A stretch of DNA of 64,000 nucleotides from a virus. The stretch spans positions 14,890 to 78,889 of the IMG/VR virus record IMGVR_UViG_3300049912_000012, one strand, 5' to 3'. Below are positions 31,133-41,402 of this stretch, piece by piece (positions within the stretch are counted from its first letter, which is position 1; each line of letters opens with the position of its first letter). A model generated the notes under the pieces. That model did no database searches. It was not told where the DNA came from and saw only the letters and a list, made by a program, of their open reading frames with translations. The translations under genes were made by a program, and so were the position numbers.

Positions 31133-31178
31133 GCAATTTTAAAAATAAAATTACTAAACTTATTAATCAAAAAAGAAA

Positions 31179-31814
31179 ATGAAAACAATAGACGTAAACC
31201 TTTACAAATTTAGTGAACTTTCAGAAGAAGCAAAAGAAAAAGCTATTCAGAAATGGAGAAATGATAATTACAATTATCAACCTTGGTTTATAGATGAAGC
31301 AAATAAGTCATTTGAGAAATTTGCAGACCTATTCTCTATTGACTGGAGAAATATAGATTATTGTGAACCATACAGAAATGAATACTCTATAAAACTGGAT
31401 GATCAGATTAAAGAATTATCCGGACAAAGACTTGCAACATACATTTGGAATAATTTTAAAAGAGATTTATTCAAAGGTAAGTTTTATTTTAAAGACTGTT
31501 ATACATATCCAAATGGTAAAAAAACAGAAGATAACAGGCAATACAAAAGATATATAAAAAGATATTCAAAGATATTTTTAGATAATTCTTGTGTCTTAAC
31601 TGGTGTATGTTATGATCAGGACTTATTGCAACCTATTTATGACTTTCTGAATAAACCTACAGATATAGACTTTGAAACATTACTCAATGACTGTATCTAT
31701 TCTCTTTGCCATTCTGTATCTGCTGAAATAGAATATCAAAGCTCTGATGAAGCAATTATTGAAACAATAGAAGCAAATGATTATGACTTTTTAGAAAATG
31801 GAGAATTAGCATAA
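31179..31814 (+). CDS. Conserved phage early protein (often labelled antitoxin-like)
   Basis: N-terminal LYKFSELSEEAKEKA and C-terminal IEANDYDFLENGE, a widespread phage family pattern. Confidence 0.5.
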   Translation: MKTIDVNLYKFSELSEEAKEKAIQKWRNDNYNYQPWFIDEANKSFEKFADLFSIDWRNIDYCEPYRNEYSIKLDDQIKELSGQRLATYIWNNFKRDLFKGKFYFKDCYTYPNGKKTEDNRQYKRYIKRYSKIFLDNSCVLTGVCYDQDLLQPIYDFLNKPTDIDFETLLNDCIYSLCHSVSAEIEYQSSDEAIIETIEANDYDFLENGELA

Positions 31815-31832
31815 ACTTAATATTTAACCAAA

Positions 31833-32132
31833 ATGAAAACTGAATATACAAAAGGAGAATGGAGATTTTCAAAAGACTGGAATGAAATAACAATCAGTCC
31901 CAAAGGAATAATTGTCGGTAGTCAGACAATATGTAAATTAGAATCATTTGGGAAAACAGAAGAAGAATTAAAAGCAAATGGTAATCTTATTGCTGCTGCG
32001 CCTGAATTACTTGCTGCATTAAATGAATTACTTGACTTATTATCTGAAAAAGAACCAGAAATGACAAAAGAATGGTATTTGAAAAAATATTTTAATAATG
32101 CAATGAGTGCAATAAATAAAGCTACTGAATGA
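31833..32132 (+). CDS. Conserved phage hypothetical protein
   Basis: YTKGEW ... ANGNLIAAAPELL motif. Confidence 0.55.
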   Translation: MKTEYTKGEWRFSKDWNEITISPKGIIVGSQTICKLESFGKTEEELKANGNLIAAAPELLAALNELLDLLSEKEPEMTKEWYLKKYFNNAMSAINKATE

Positions 32133-33688
32133 AAATACTATCCTTAGAATCAAAAGGAATAGTTAAGATAGACTTTGATTATAACATGGATGACTGGTAT
32201 AGAATCAGATCATTGAGTAATGTCACCATGTATGAAAGAGAATCTTATTCTATTCCTTATTCAGAAGAAGTTTTAAGTCAGCTACAGAAGTGGAAATTTG
32301 ATATAAGTGAAGACCTGCAAAAGTTCATAGATGCAGAACGTGAAAGGAAAAAGAATTTCCAGGTAACAGGACTAAAAGGAATTCTCAGACCTTTTCAGAA
32401 TGAAGGTGTGAACTTTATGATAGACAAAAGCGGAAGATGTTTATTAGCTGATGATCAGGGAATTGGCAAAACAATCCAGGCAATAGGCTATCTTCATCTT
32501 AACAGAGAGATAACTGTTATAATCTGCCCTTCTTCTATTAAACTGAATTGGCAAAGAGAATTAGAGAATTGGTTAAATGAACCAAGTATTGAGATATTGA
32601 AAGGAACTAAGCCTTACAAAACTAAAGGAGAGATTTTAATTCTCAATTATGACATTGCAACTTATTGGATTGAAGAGATAAAAAGGAGAAAGCCGGAAAT
32701 ATTAATCTTAGATGAGATACAGAAGATAAAGATGAAAACTGCAAACAGGACTAAAGCAATTTTAAAGTTAAAATCAGTAAACAAGATTATAGGTTTATCC
32801 GGCACACCTATCGAGAATCGTCCCGAAGAAATATTTAATGCAGGAAAGTTAATCAGACCTGACCTCTTTGATACCTTTGATAGATTTAAGAGAGAGTTCT
32901 GCAATGGCAATGGATTTGGTCATGAGTTTAATGGTACACAAGATACGCATTTATTGAACTTCTTTTTGAAGAGTAATTTTATGCTTAGAAGATTGAAAAA
33001 AGATGTATTAAAGGAACTGCCTGAGAAGAGTTATAGTCTTGTGCCTATGGAACTGACAAATAGAAAAGAATATGCAAGTGCAGAAGCAGATTTTATATCT
33101 TGGGTAAGAAGAGAGAAAGGAGATGAGAAAGCAGAAAGGATAAAGAATGTAGAAGCATTGGCAAAGGTAGAAGGTCTTAAACAGTTAGCAACGAAAGGAA
33201 AGCTGAATCAGGTTAAAGAATGGATTAAGGATTTTCTGGAGACGGGCAACAAGTTAGTTGTATTTTGCACTCATACCTTTGTCGTTGATGAACTGATGAA
33301 AGAATTTGAAGGAGCAGTAAAGATAGACGGGAGCACAAGGGACAGGCAGAAGCCTGTAGATATGTTCCAGAACGATCCTAAGACACGATTGTTTGTTGGT
33401 AACGTACAAGCTGCCGGAACTGGAATTACATTAACTGCAAGCTCTAATATAGCCTTAATTGAATTTCCTTGGTCGCCTGCCCTCATTGATCAATGTTCTG
33501 ACCGAGTGCATAGAATTACACAAAAGGATGCAGTAATGGTTTACTACTTACTTGCACAGAATACTATTGAGGAGAAGATAGCAAAACTTCTCGACAAGAA
33601 GAGAAAGATGATAGCTTCAGCAATGAATGGAACTGAGGCAGAACAATCAGAACTTTTGGTTGAATTAATTAATAGTTATAAATCTTAA
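32129..33688 (+). CDS. SNF2-family (SMARCAL1/HARP-like) helicase
   Basis: LRPFQ, LADDQGIGKT, LDEIQ, LSGTPIENR, GTGITLT, DRVHRITQ. Confidence 0.9.
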   Translation: MKILSLESKGIVKIDFDYNMDDWYRIRSLSNVTMYERESYSIPYSEEVLSQLQKWKFDISEDLQKFIDAERERKKNFQVTGLKGILRPFQNEGVNFMIDKSGRCLLADDQGIGKTIQAIGYLHLNREITVIICPSSIKLNWQRELENWLNEPSIEILKGTKPYKTKGEILILNYDIATYWIEEIKRRKPEILILDEIQKIKMKTANRTKAILKLKSVNKIIGLSGTPIENRPEEIFNAGKLIRPDLFDTFDRFKREFCNGNGFGHEFNGTQDTHLLNFFLKSNFMLRRLKKDVLKELPEKSYSLVPMELTNRKEYASAEADFISWVRREKGDEKAERIKNVEALAKVEGLKQLATKGKLNQVKEWIKDFLETGNKLVVFCTHTFVVDELMKEFEGAVKIDGSTRDRQKPVDMFQNDPKTRLFVGNVQAAGTGITLTASSNIALIEFPWSPALIDQCSDRVHRITQKDAVMVYYLLAQNTIEEKIAKLLDKKRKMIASAMNGTEAEQSELLVELINSYKS

Positions 33689-34042
33689 TCAAAGAAATTA
33701 TGTTTTTAGACGATCAGTTATATCTCCATGTTAAGAACAGGGATATTAAAAAAGCAGAAGATTTTAATAATATGATTAATGAACTTTACAGAATTTGTGA
33801 AGCATATTATAAGGCTAAATTACCTCCATTAGTAGGATGTAATTATTCAGATGTTACTCAGGTATTAGATAAAACATTTAAACTATGGGATATGTTTATT
33901 CAGAAACTTGAGAAGGAAAATTATTGGGGTATTGATCTATTAAAGATGCCCGAAGTTACATATAAAAATATGTTTCTATCTCATCCTGAACTTAAAAAGA
34001 TATATGAACTTGGTAAAAAATAAACTTTAAATCATTAACCAA

Positions 34043-34492
34043 ATGGAAAAATTATTGCAGAAACTAGCATGGAAATATGCCAGACAAGCATTTAACAATG
34101 AACTGAGCATAGACTTTGAAGAGTTGATGGCTGAAGCAAATTTAGCCTATCTGGAAGCACTCAGAACGCATGATGAAGAGAAAGGTAAGGTAACTACTCA
34201 TATCTGGAATACAGTCTCAGGACATCTTCAGAACTACATTAAAGAAGAGATGAAGCACAAGCATATAGACTTTTCAGAAGTAGATGTTCCTAAGTCTTCT
34301 GTACCATACTTTGAAAAGCTGAGTAAAGAAGCACAGTCTGTTGCTAAGATTGTTATTGATGCTCCTGAAGACTTTATATATATGACAAAAGAAGATGCAA
34401 AAGGTAAGATCATTGCAAGACTTATGAATAATGGAATAGACTTTAAGAAGATTTGGAGAGGCATTGAAGATTTAACACTTATTTATTCTTAA
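34043..34492 (+). CDS. Sigma-70 region-2-like protein
   Basis: FEELMAEANLAYLEA..HDEEKGKVTTHIW pattern. Confidence 0.6.
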   Translation: MEKLLQKLAWKYARQAFNNELSIDFEELMAEANLAYLEALRTHDEEKGKVTTHIWNTVSGHLQNYIKEEMKHKHIDFSEVDVPKSSVPYFEKLSKEAQSVAKIVIDAPEDFIYMTKEDAKGKIIARLMNNGIDFKKIWRGIEDLTLIYS

Positions 34493-34926
34493 AATTCAAA
34501 AATTAATTTATAATAGCAATATGAAAACAATCAAACATCACTGGATTAAACAGGATGGATTCAGAATCCACAAGTGTGAAAGATGTGGATGTATAAGAAG
34601 ATGGGACAGTGAATGGTTAAGATATGACGGAGGATATGGAAAGTTAGTCTATGAAAGAAGATTCTATAAGAACATTGAACCTCCAAGTTGTTACTTACCT
34701 AATACATTAATGACATGAAAATAGTAATTGGGTGTATAGTTTTATTTGTTGTCTATATTTTTTATATAAGATACAAGATAAGAAAGACAATATATCATGA
34801 TCCTCCAAATGGAACCCAATTCATCCATGCAGAAGACTTTTATGATGATGAATTTAGTATTGAACAAATAGATTATACTAAAGCTAAAAAGAGAACAGGT
34901 TTATTAAACGAATTAATAAGTGAAGA

Positions 34927-35340
34927 ATGAAAAAAACAATCTTTATAATTTTATCCTGCTTTGCATGGAATTTGAGTTCTGCACCAGGTCGAGCGGAATT
35001 GTGCATAGTAGAATCAAAAAGCATAAATCCTTATGAAGCCATTTTTAAAGCGATTTGCGAGTATGAAAGTAGAAATGACACCAATGCCTATAATAAGGAA
35101 GAAGATGCCGTAGGCATAGTGCAAATACGTCCTATTCGCATTTTACACTTTAACCAATTATCAGGGAAGAATTATCAACTTTATGAAATGCATGATCCAG
35201 TTAAAAGCAAGGAAGTGTTTATGTATTTCGCACAAAGGTTGCATAATCCTGACCTAGTCATACGAAAATGGAATGGATCAGGACCTAAGACTTACGAATA
35301 TTTAAAGAAAATCCAGGAAATATTAGTTAAATCAAATTAA
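34927..35340 (+). CDS. Secreted lysozyme-like / lytic transglycosylase-like protein
   Basis: Signal peptide; ICEYES catalytic Glu, GIVQI, WNGS. Confidence 0.65.
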   Translation: MKKTIFIILSCFAWNLSSAPGRAELCIVESKSINPYEAIFKAICEYESRNDTNAYNKEEDAVGIVQIRPIRILHFNQLSGKNYQLYEMHDPVKSKEVFMYFAQRLHNPDLVIRKWNGSGPKTYEYLKKIQEILVKSN

Positions 35341-35363
35341 TTTTTTTATAATAATAGAAAAAT

Positions 35364-36674
35364 ATGTATAAAGCAGCACTAAAAGAAATGATAGTCAAGC
35401 TAGACCTGAAAGAAAAAGGTGTACCTTTGACAGTGACAGGAGAAATGACAGAAGATGAAGGGAGAAATCTTATCATCAAGGCTATCGAGATACTTAATGA
35501 GAATGACTACTTCTCAAAAGAAACTACGGCAACACTTGCTATCCTTGGATGGGATAGGAAAACAGGATGGGATAAATCTAAATTAGAAGTCAAGCCATTG
35601 AAAGAATCTAAACCTATAGAAGAATTTGAACCTATTGAAACAATGGTTGAAGAATCGGCAACGTCACTTCCTGGTTTTATAGGTGAGGCAAAGACTTTAA
35701 AAGAACTAAAAGAGATATGCAAGTCAGAACCAGAATTCAAAAGCATAAGGGGAAGCCTTGCTTCATTTAAAGACATGGAAGGACTTAGGCGGGAAATGAT
35801 AGGAATTTTAGAAAACCCTATTATTCCTGGAAAATTACATGAGAAAATAGAGAAAGAACATATAAGAATTCCGAAGGTTGATCTTCCTTCGCAAAGAGAT
35901 ATAAACTTGATTATGACACGTCCCCCGTTTTCTTCCCTATTTGAAGTAAATAAGACAATTCTTAATGTCGTTACAGAAAACATGCAGAAGAATGGGTATG
36001 ATAGTGCATTCCCTATAATTCTTTGGGGAGATATTATTGTTGATGGTCATACAAGGTTGAAAGCTGCTATCCTTAATGGGCTTGACAAGGTCCCTGTCGA
36101 AGTAAAAGAATTTAAAGATGAGAAAGAAGCATTAAAATATGCTATCCATAACCAAAGAGACAGGAGGAACTTAGGAGATGCAGAACTCCTAAGATGTATA
36201 AGGGAAATAGATCAACCTTTGTCAAAAGTAGAGGCAGGGGCAAAAGGAGGCAAGGGGGAATCGGAACATATAGAACCCACGCATAAGGTTACAGCTAAAG
36301 TTCTTGGACTTGGACAATCTGTTGTATCTGATGCAAGGACTGTATTAGCTGATGAAGAAGCTACAAAAGAAGTAGAAGAAGGAAAGACTACAATTCGTAA
36401 GGCAGCTAAAAAGGTAAGAGCAGCCAAGCAGAAGCCAAAAGAAGTCATTGTAGAACCTAAGACTTTAATTGAAGTAGTTGCCAAGGTACTGAGAGAAAGT
36501 GCCGGGGAAGAAGTCCTGATACCTTCTATCGTTGAAAAAAGTTCTAAGTTAGCAAAAGAAGAACTTGCAGTAATGGAGGAGGTAGTAAATAATGTTCTTG
36601 AAGTATGTATCGCTTTAAGGTTAGTAAAAGTATTGACAGGAGATAAGATAGCAATTAAAAAGATATTGAAATGA
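35364..36674 (+). CDS. ParB-like protein (ParB N-terminal domain + HTH)
   Basis: IVDGHTRLKAA, NQRDRRNL, HTH TAKVLGLGQSVVSDARTV. Confidence 0.8.
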   Translation: MYKAALKEMIVKLDLKEKGVPLTVTGEMTEDEGRNLIIKAIEILNENDYFSKETTATLAILGWDRKTGWDKSKLEVKPLKESKPIEEFEPIETMVEESATSLPGFIGEAKTLKELKEICKSEPEFKSIRGSLASFKDMEGLRREMIGILENPIIPGKLHEKIEKEHIRIPKVDLPSQRDINLIMTRPPFSSLFEVNKTILNVVTENMQKNGYDSAFPIILWGDIIVDGHTRLKAAILNGLDKVPVEVKEFKDEKEALKYAIHNQRDRRNLGDAELLRCIREIDQPLSKVEAGAKGGKGESEHIEPTHKVTAKVLGLGQSVVSDARTVLADEEATKEVEEGKTTIRKAAKKVRAAKQKPKEVIVEPKTLIEVVAKVLRESAGEEVLIPSIVEKSSKLAKEELAVMEEVVNNVLEVCIALRLVKVLTGDKIAIKKILK

Positions 36675-36874
36675 AATTTGAGATTGTAAAAGAAACTAGA
36701 AAAAACGATATTTGGTATCATATTTATAAAGATAACAAATGGGAAAAAGTATTTATGGATTATGGTGATGCTAAGAAATATATTGAAGATACTATCTACG
36801 ACATTCAGCATCCTCCAATTATCGAAACTATTGAAACAATTGAAATATAATTTGCATAATTGAATATTCTTTTG

Positions 36875-36990
36875 TATCTTGCAATCGCATACTAATTACA
36901 TCATGAATCTAAAAGAATTTATAAATGCCCCAAAGGTAGATGCAATGAATCCGCAAGGTGTAATTGGTATGCCATCTACCGGAGGGGTTT
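36875..36990 (+). promoter_or_regulatory. Promoter + alternative-pairing leader RNA, copy 2
   Basis: 36887-36902 pairs with 36957-36972; 36928-36942 pairs with 36973-36987; GCAA tetraloop; U-run follows. Confidence 0.65.
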
Positions 36991-37002
36991 TATATATTAC
37001 CA

Positions 37003-38535
37003 ATGAAGAATTATTCATCAGGAATCTATATGATTCAATCTTTTTCAAAACCAGAAAGAACTTATATTGGAAGTGCGGTAAATATTCAACAAAGATGGTG
37101 GGTACATTTATGTAACTTACGCAAGAATAAACATCATTCAAGCAAGTTACAACATCATTATAATAAATATGGAGAAAAAGATTTAAATTTTATTATTTTA
37201 ATTTGTTGCGGTAAAGAAGATTTGATTAAAAATGAACAATATTTTTTAGATTCGCATAAAACATATTTTAATACTAACATAATAGCAAGTAGCGCATTAG
37301 GAATTAAAAGATCACCCGAATTCATTCAAAAACTCAGGAAACCTAAATCCAAGGAACATGCTAGAAAAATGGGAGATACTAAGAAAGGAAAAGATACTTG
37401 GAATAAGGGAATAAAAAATTGTCATTCGGATGAAACATTAAGTAAAATGCAATATGAAAGAACACCTGAATGGAGAGAACATAGAAGGAAATTAATGACA
37501 GGAACGGTAATGTCAGTCGAGTCAAGTAAGAAAAAAGGTGAATATATGCTTGAATACTGGACATTAGTAAAAGCGGGTATATTACCAAAACGTAACTATA
37601 AAAAAAGAAAAGACATGAGCAAATCAGCACCAACATTAGAAAATCCCTGCAAAAAGTGGATAGACTTTAAAGCAGACGAAGGTAAATTTTATTACTTTGA
37701 TAAATCTATTGGAGAAAAAGGAAAGAATATTGAAGTTCCTACGCCAATCTATTTTTCGGTTTTGGATGAGTTAAGTCTAATTACCGGATTTAATAAGCGA
37801 CATGACAGTGGAATCATAAGCAATGAGGTTAGTTCCGTTGTTAAAGAAAAATTAAGAGTGCGAACATTTAAAGGAGGCGAATCAGTTGTTGGATTTTACT
37901 CTGATGTAAAAGATAGCATTATAGCTATGGGTGGTAAATTCACTAAATCAGTGTACGCTCTCTTAATTAAAGATGATAGTTCAACAGAATTTGTAAACTT
38001 TAAATTCAAGGGAGCAGCATTCTCTGCATGGCTTGACAAAGGCTTCAACCCTATGAACTTCATAGTAGGTGTGACAGAATTTGTAGAAGAGAAGAATGGA
38101 AACAACACCTACCAAGTTCCTGTATTTAAACCTTTCAAGAGTGATCCCAACATAGATGCTGCAGCAGTAGAACAGGACAAGGTTCTTCAGGAATATCTTA
38201 AAGTATACAAAGCTCAGATACCAGAGAAAGAAGTGGAAGTAGCTGCATCGGTAGAGGAGTCCCCACAAATGAAGACTGATCCTTTCCCTGCATCCCCTGC
38301 ATGGCATGGAGGTAATAAGTCTAAACTACCCCCGACAAAAGAAGAACTTGTAGAAGAAGCTAAGAAAGCTATGGAAGCAGGAAAGAAAGGAAAGCAATAT
38401 ACTCCAAGTATGACCGATCCACAAGAACTAACAAAACTGTCAAGAGGTAAGCAGGAAGAACCATTTCCACAAAGAGGTGAAGATAACTCTCCTGAGTTCG
38501 ATGATTCTGATGAAATTCAGAAATTACCCTTTTGA
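37003..38535 (+). CDS. GIY-YIG/NUMOD3 homing endonuclease in frame with a conserved phage replication/recombination (SSB-like) protein starting at 37615
   Basis: SGIYMI..TYIGSA..RWWVH; NUMOD3-like HSDETLSKM; second ATG MSKSAPTLENP at 37615; acidic C-terminal tail ending LPF. Confidence 0.7.
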   Translation: MKNYSSGIYMIQSFSKPERTYIGSAVNIQQRWWVHLCNLRKNKHHSSKLQHHYNKYGEKDLNFIILICCGKEDLIKNEQYFLDSHKTYFNTNIIASSALGIKRSPEFIQKLRKPKSKEHARKMGDTKKGKDTWNKGIKNCHSDETLSKMQYERTPEWREHRRKLMTGTVMSVESSKKKGEYMLEYWTLVKAGILPKRNYKKRKDMSKSAPTLENPCKKWIDFKADEGKFYYFDKSIGEKGKNIEVPTPIYFSVLDELSLITGFNKRHDSGIISNEVSSVVKEKLRVRTFKGGESVVGFYSDVKDSIIAMGGKFTKSVYALLIKDDSSTEFVNFKFKGAAFSAWLDKGFNPMNFIVGVTEFVEEKNGNNTYQVPVFKPFKSDPNIDAAAVEQDKVLQEYLKVYKAQIPEKEVEVAASVEESPQMKTDPFPASPAWHGGNKSKLPPTKEELVEEAKKAMEAGKKGKQYTPSMTDPQELTKLSRGKQEEPFPQRGEDNSPEFDDSDEIQKLPF

Positions 38536-38951
38536 TCATGCAAACAGCATTAGAAACATTAAGTATTCTGCCTGACACAAAAGATCAGGTAGAAATATTC
38601 AAGAGTATGCTCAAAAAAGAGATACTTAGCTGTCCCTATCCTCTTCAGGTACTTGTACATTTAAAGAGATATGAAAAGACCTTTGGAGACTTGCTGAAAG
38701 ATGATGATCTTGATACTTGTTATCTTGCATCATTTAAAAACGAGGCTAAAGATAATAAGCTAACTGTGGAAGGAGCAAGCCTTACAAGTCAGGAATTTGG
38801 AGGCACATATGACTTTTCCCATGATATGGAATGGGTAAAACTTGACAAGCAGATAAAGACTCTTTCAGAGATTAAAAAAGGAAGGGAGAAACAACTTCAA
38901 GTAGTAGTTCCTAAAATAAATGGGAAGCTAAAAATAGCGGTGAAACTATGA
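38532..38951 (+). CDS. Hypothetical recombination-module protein
   Basis: 139-aa ORF overlapping both neighbours. Confidence 0.5.
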   Translation: MIMQTALETLSILPDTKDQVEIFKSMLKKEILSCPYPLQVLVHLKRYEKTFGDLLKDDDLDTCYLASFKNEAKDNKLTVEGASLTSQEFGGTYDFSHDMEWVKLDKQIKTLSEIKKGREKQLQVVVPKINGKLKIAVKL

Positions 38952-39421
38952 AGAAGATTCAGGCCATTGGATATAAGCGAGAAGATGAACCTTTTCAGAT
39001 GCCAATGGCTAATACTTTTCGTCAACAACTGGATACCTTGCCTCCAGGGAAATACCAGGTAACAGTGGAGAAATATGTCAAGAAAGCTACTCATTCTCAA
39101 TTCAAATATCTTTATGGATTGGTTTATAAATTAGCAATGATAGCAGGTAATGATGCCGGATATGAGTTTAAGACAATAGATGAGGTAGATATATTCTTCA
39201 GAGGTCTATTTGCTAATAAGGAAGTCCTAAATCGTGAAACAGGAGAGATAATGCTTCTCCCCTTATCTAAGAGTGAGTTTTTAACTATTGATGAACTTGT
39301 GTATTGTGACACTATCCGTAATTATGTGAGTGAATATTGGAATACAAACATACCTGATCCTGATCCTCGTTATAAACAAAATAAAGACAATGCTACCAAA
39401 CCATGTAAAGATATATCTTAG
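38948..39421 (+). CDS. NinB-like recombination protein
   Basis: KATHSQFKYLYGLVY, ETGEI, IPDP motifs. Confidence 0.5.
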   Translation: MKKIQAIGYKREDEPFQMPMANTFRQQLDTLPPGKYQVTVEKYVKKATHSQFKYLYGLVYKLAMIAGNDAGYEFKTIDEVDIFFRGLFANKEVLNRETGEIMLLPLSKSEFLTIDELVYCDTIRNYVSEYWNTNIPDPDPRYKQNKDNATKPCKDIS

Positions 39422-39662
39422 ATATTTTGATATTGGAGAACAAGACATCTGGTATTGTGAAAAGTGCAATCAATCCTTTCATATCAATAGTGGATTAAAT
39501 ATCCATCATATTAATGGTAGAGGTAAAGGGAAAGATGTAATCGAAAATCTAATGAGCCTTTGTCAAGAAAAATGCCATAGCCTTGCTCATAGTTCTAAGG
39601 AGTATATAAGTAAACAAGAGTTTCAAGAGATACATGATAAATTCTTAAAACGACATAAATGA
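39389..39662 (+). CDS. Small HNH-family nuclease
   Basis: CEKC, IHHINGRG, ENLMSLCQEKCH; likely start MLPNHVKIY. Confidence 0.7.
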
Positions 39663-40306
39663 TTACAAGAACTCCAAGATTAAAAGTATTAAATCTATAC
39701 GCTGGATTAGGAGGTAATCGTAAGTTGTGGGAGAATGTACAAGTAACAGCTATTGAAAATAATGAAAGCATTGCTAAGTTTTATTCCGATCACTTTCCTT
39801 ATGACGCAATGATAATTACAGACGCACATCAATACTTACTCGAACACTATTCAGAATATGACTTTATATGGAGTTCAATAAACTGTCCGTCACATTCAAG
39901 AGCTAGATTTTGGGCAGCAAAGCCAAACAAAAAGATTAAACCTGTATTTCCTGATATGAAACTATATGAAGAGATACTTTTCCTAAAACATTATTTTGAC
40001 GGTAAATGGATAGTTGAAAATGTTGTCCCATTCTATACTCCACTAATCAATCCTACAGTAAAAATAGGGAGGCATTACTTTTGGTCTAATTTCGCTATCA
40101 GCCCAGTAAACATAAAAGAAGCTGATATAAACAGGGGAGTAAAAGATGAATGGCAAGAATTACATGGTTTTGACATCACCGGTTATAAGTTCAATTCCAG
40201 AAGAGATAAGGTTTTAAGAAATTGTGTACATCCAAAACTAGGACTGCATATCTTAAATTGTGCATTGAATAAAGAAACAGCAACACAAACAAGACTACTA
40301 CTATGA
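39659..40306 (+). CDS. DNA (cytosine-5) methyltransferase-like protein
   Basis: LNLYAGLGG (motif I), SINCPSHS (motif IV, NC in place of PC), ENV (motif VI), RHYFW. Confidence 0.75.
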   Translation: MITRTPRLKVLNLYAGLGGNRKLWENVQVTAIENNESIAKFYSDHFPYDAMIITDAHQYLLEHYSEYDFIWSSINCPSHSRARFWAAKPNKKIKPVFPDMKLYEEILFLKHYFDGKWIVENVVPFYTPLINPTVKIGRHYFWSNFAISPVNIKEADINRGVKDEWQELHGFDITGYKFNSRRDKVLRNCVHPKLGLHILNCALNKETATQTRLLL

Positions 40307-40969
40307 AACAATCTGAACTAGACTACAAACAAGAAACAGGACTCGCTGCTAAAATAGTTTATGCAAAATGTCCTGATTGTGGTGCATATATGATGAGTAC
40401 TGAACTTATGGAAGAAGGATACATAGAATGGCTTGAAGAAAAGTACGAGCATTACCTAAAATGTCAACAAGCACTATTAGATGCATCTGAAGTCTCAAAA
40501 CACGATTGGGATAATGCAGTAAACGAAATAGGTCAACTACAAGATCAGTTAAGTGATGCAATGGATGAAATTAGACAACTAAGCAGACGATGAAAACATT
40601 AAACGAGATAAATAAAGAGATAGTAGAAGCTCATGCTATCATGGTAGAGGCAAATAAGCTAAGTACTAAAAAAGCAGAAAGGCTATACAAAAAGATGAAC
40701 AAGCAGATAATATGGCTTAAACATATAAAACGCTATCTTGAATCTAACCCTAGACCTGAGTTTGTACAAAGTGAACTAGAGACTGTTATAATGAGGATAG
40801 GACGCATAGACGAGGGATACCTAGTATGGGCAGCAGGAAGAGCAATAACAGCCTACAAGGACCCTAAGAAGGCTTACACTAACGAGATGGGACTGCCCCA
40901 GCTAAGAGAACAGATGAAAACTCTGAAATATATTTTGAAGTAGGTCTTGTTTATTCGGAAATTGTTTCA

Positions 40970-41115
40970 TAATTTTACAGAACCAAATTAAATTGCAACA
41001 TGGTCTTCAGTAAATTCTTTACTTTATCAATATCCCCTGCCAAAGGGAATAGAGCCATCGGATGGAGGTTGCACTCCTAGGGTCCGGTGGTTTTTATTTT
41101 TGATGGCGGGGGTTT
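40970..41115 (+). promoter_or_regulatory. Promoter + alternative-pairing leader RNA, copy 3
   Basis: TGCAAC 40994-99 pairs with loop GTTGCA 41068-73; long stem 41034-41063 with 41082-41112; U-run follows. Confidence 0.6.
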
Positions 41116-41126
41116 ATATAACCAAT

Positions 41127-41402
41127 ATGAAACTTCCCAAAGGAACTTTACTCCACATGATTAAAAGACAGAAAGGAAAATGCTACTATTGTGGAGATGA
41201 TTTAATTAAATTTGAAATTGACCACATTTTCCCATTTTCAAAGTATAAAAATGGATGTAATTCTAATTTATGTTTAGCATGTCCTGATTGTAATAAAGTT
41301 AAAAAAGTTCTTGAGCCTTGGAATTTTTGGGACTTATGTCTTCGGGAATATCCAGAAAAATTAAAAGACGGAGAATTCTATTACGAAAGAATGAAACTAT
41401 AA
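41127..41402 (+). CDS. HNH endonuclease
   Basis: CYYC, EIDHIFPFS, NLCLACPDCNKVK. Confidence 0.85.
   Translation: MKLPKGTLLHMIKRQKGKCYYCGDDLIKFEIDHIFPFSKYKNGCNSNLCLACPDCNKVKKVLEPWNFWDLCLREYPEKLKDGEFYYERMKL

Noticed and set aside
22226-31155. 24-bp repeats as a CRISPR or guide-RNA array
   Set aside because: Spacing is irregular (0.2-16 kb) and contains whole genes; no cas or Nop-domain gene seen
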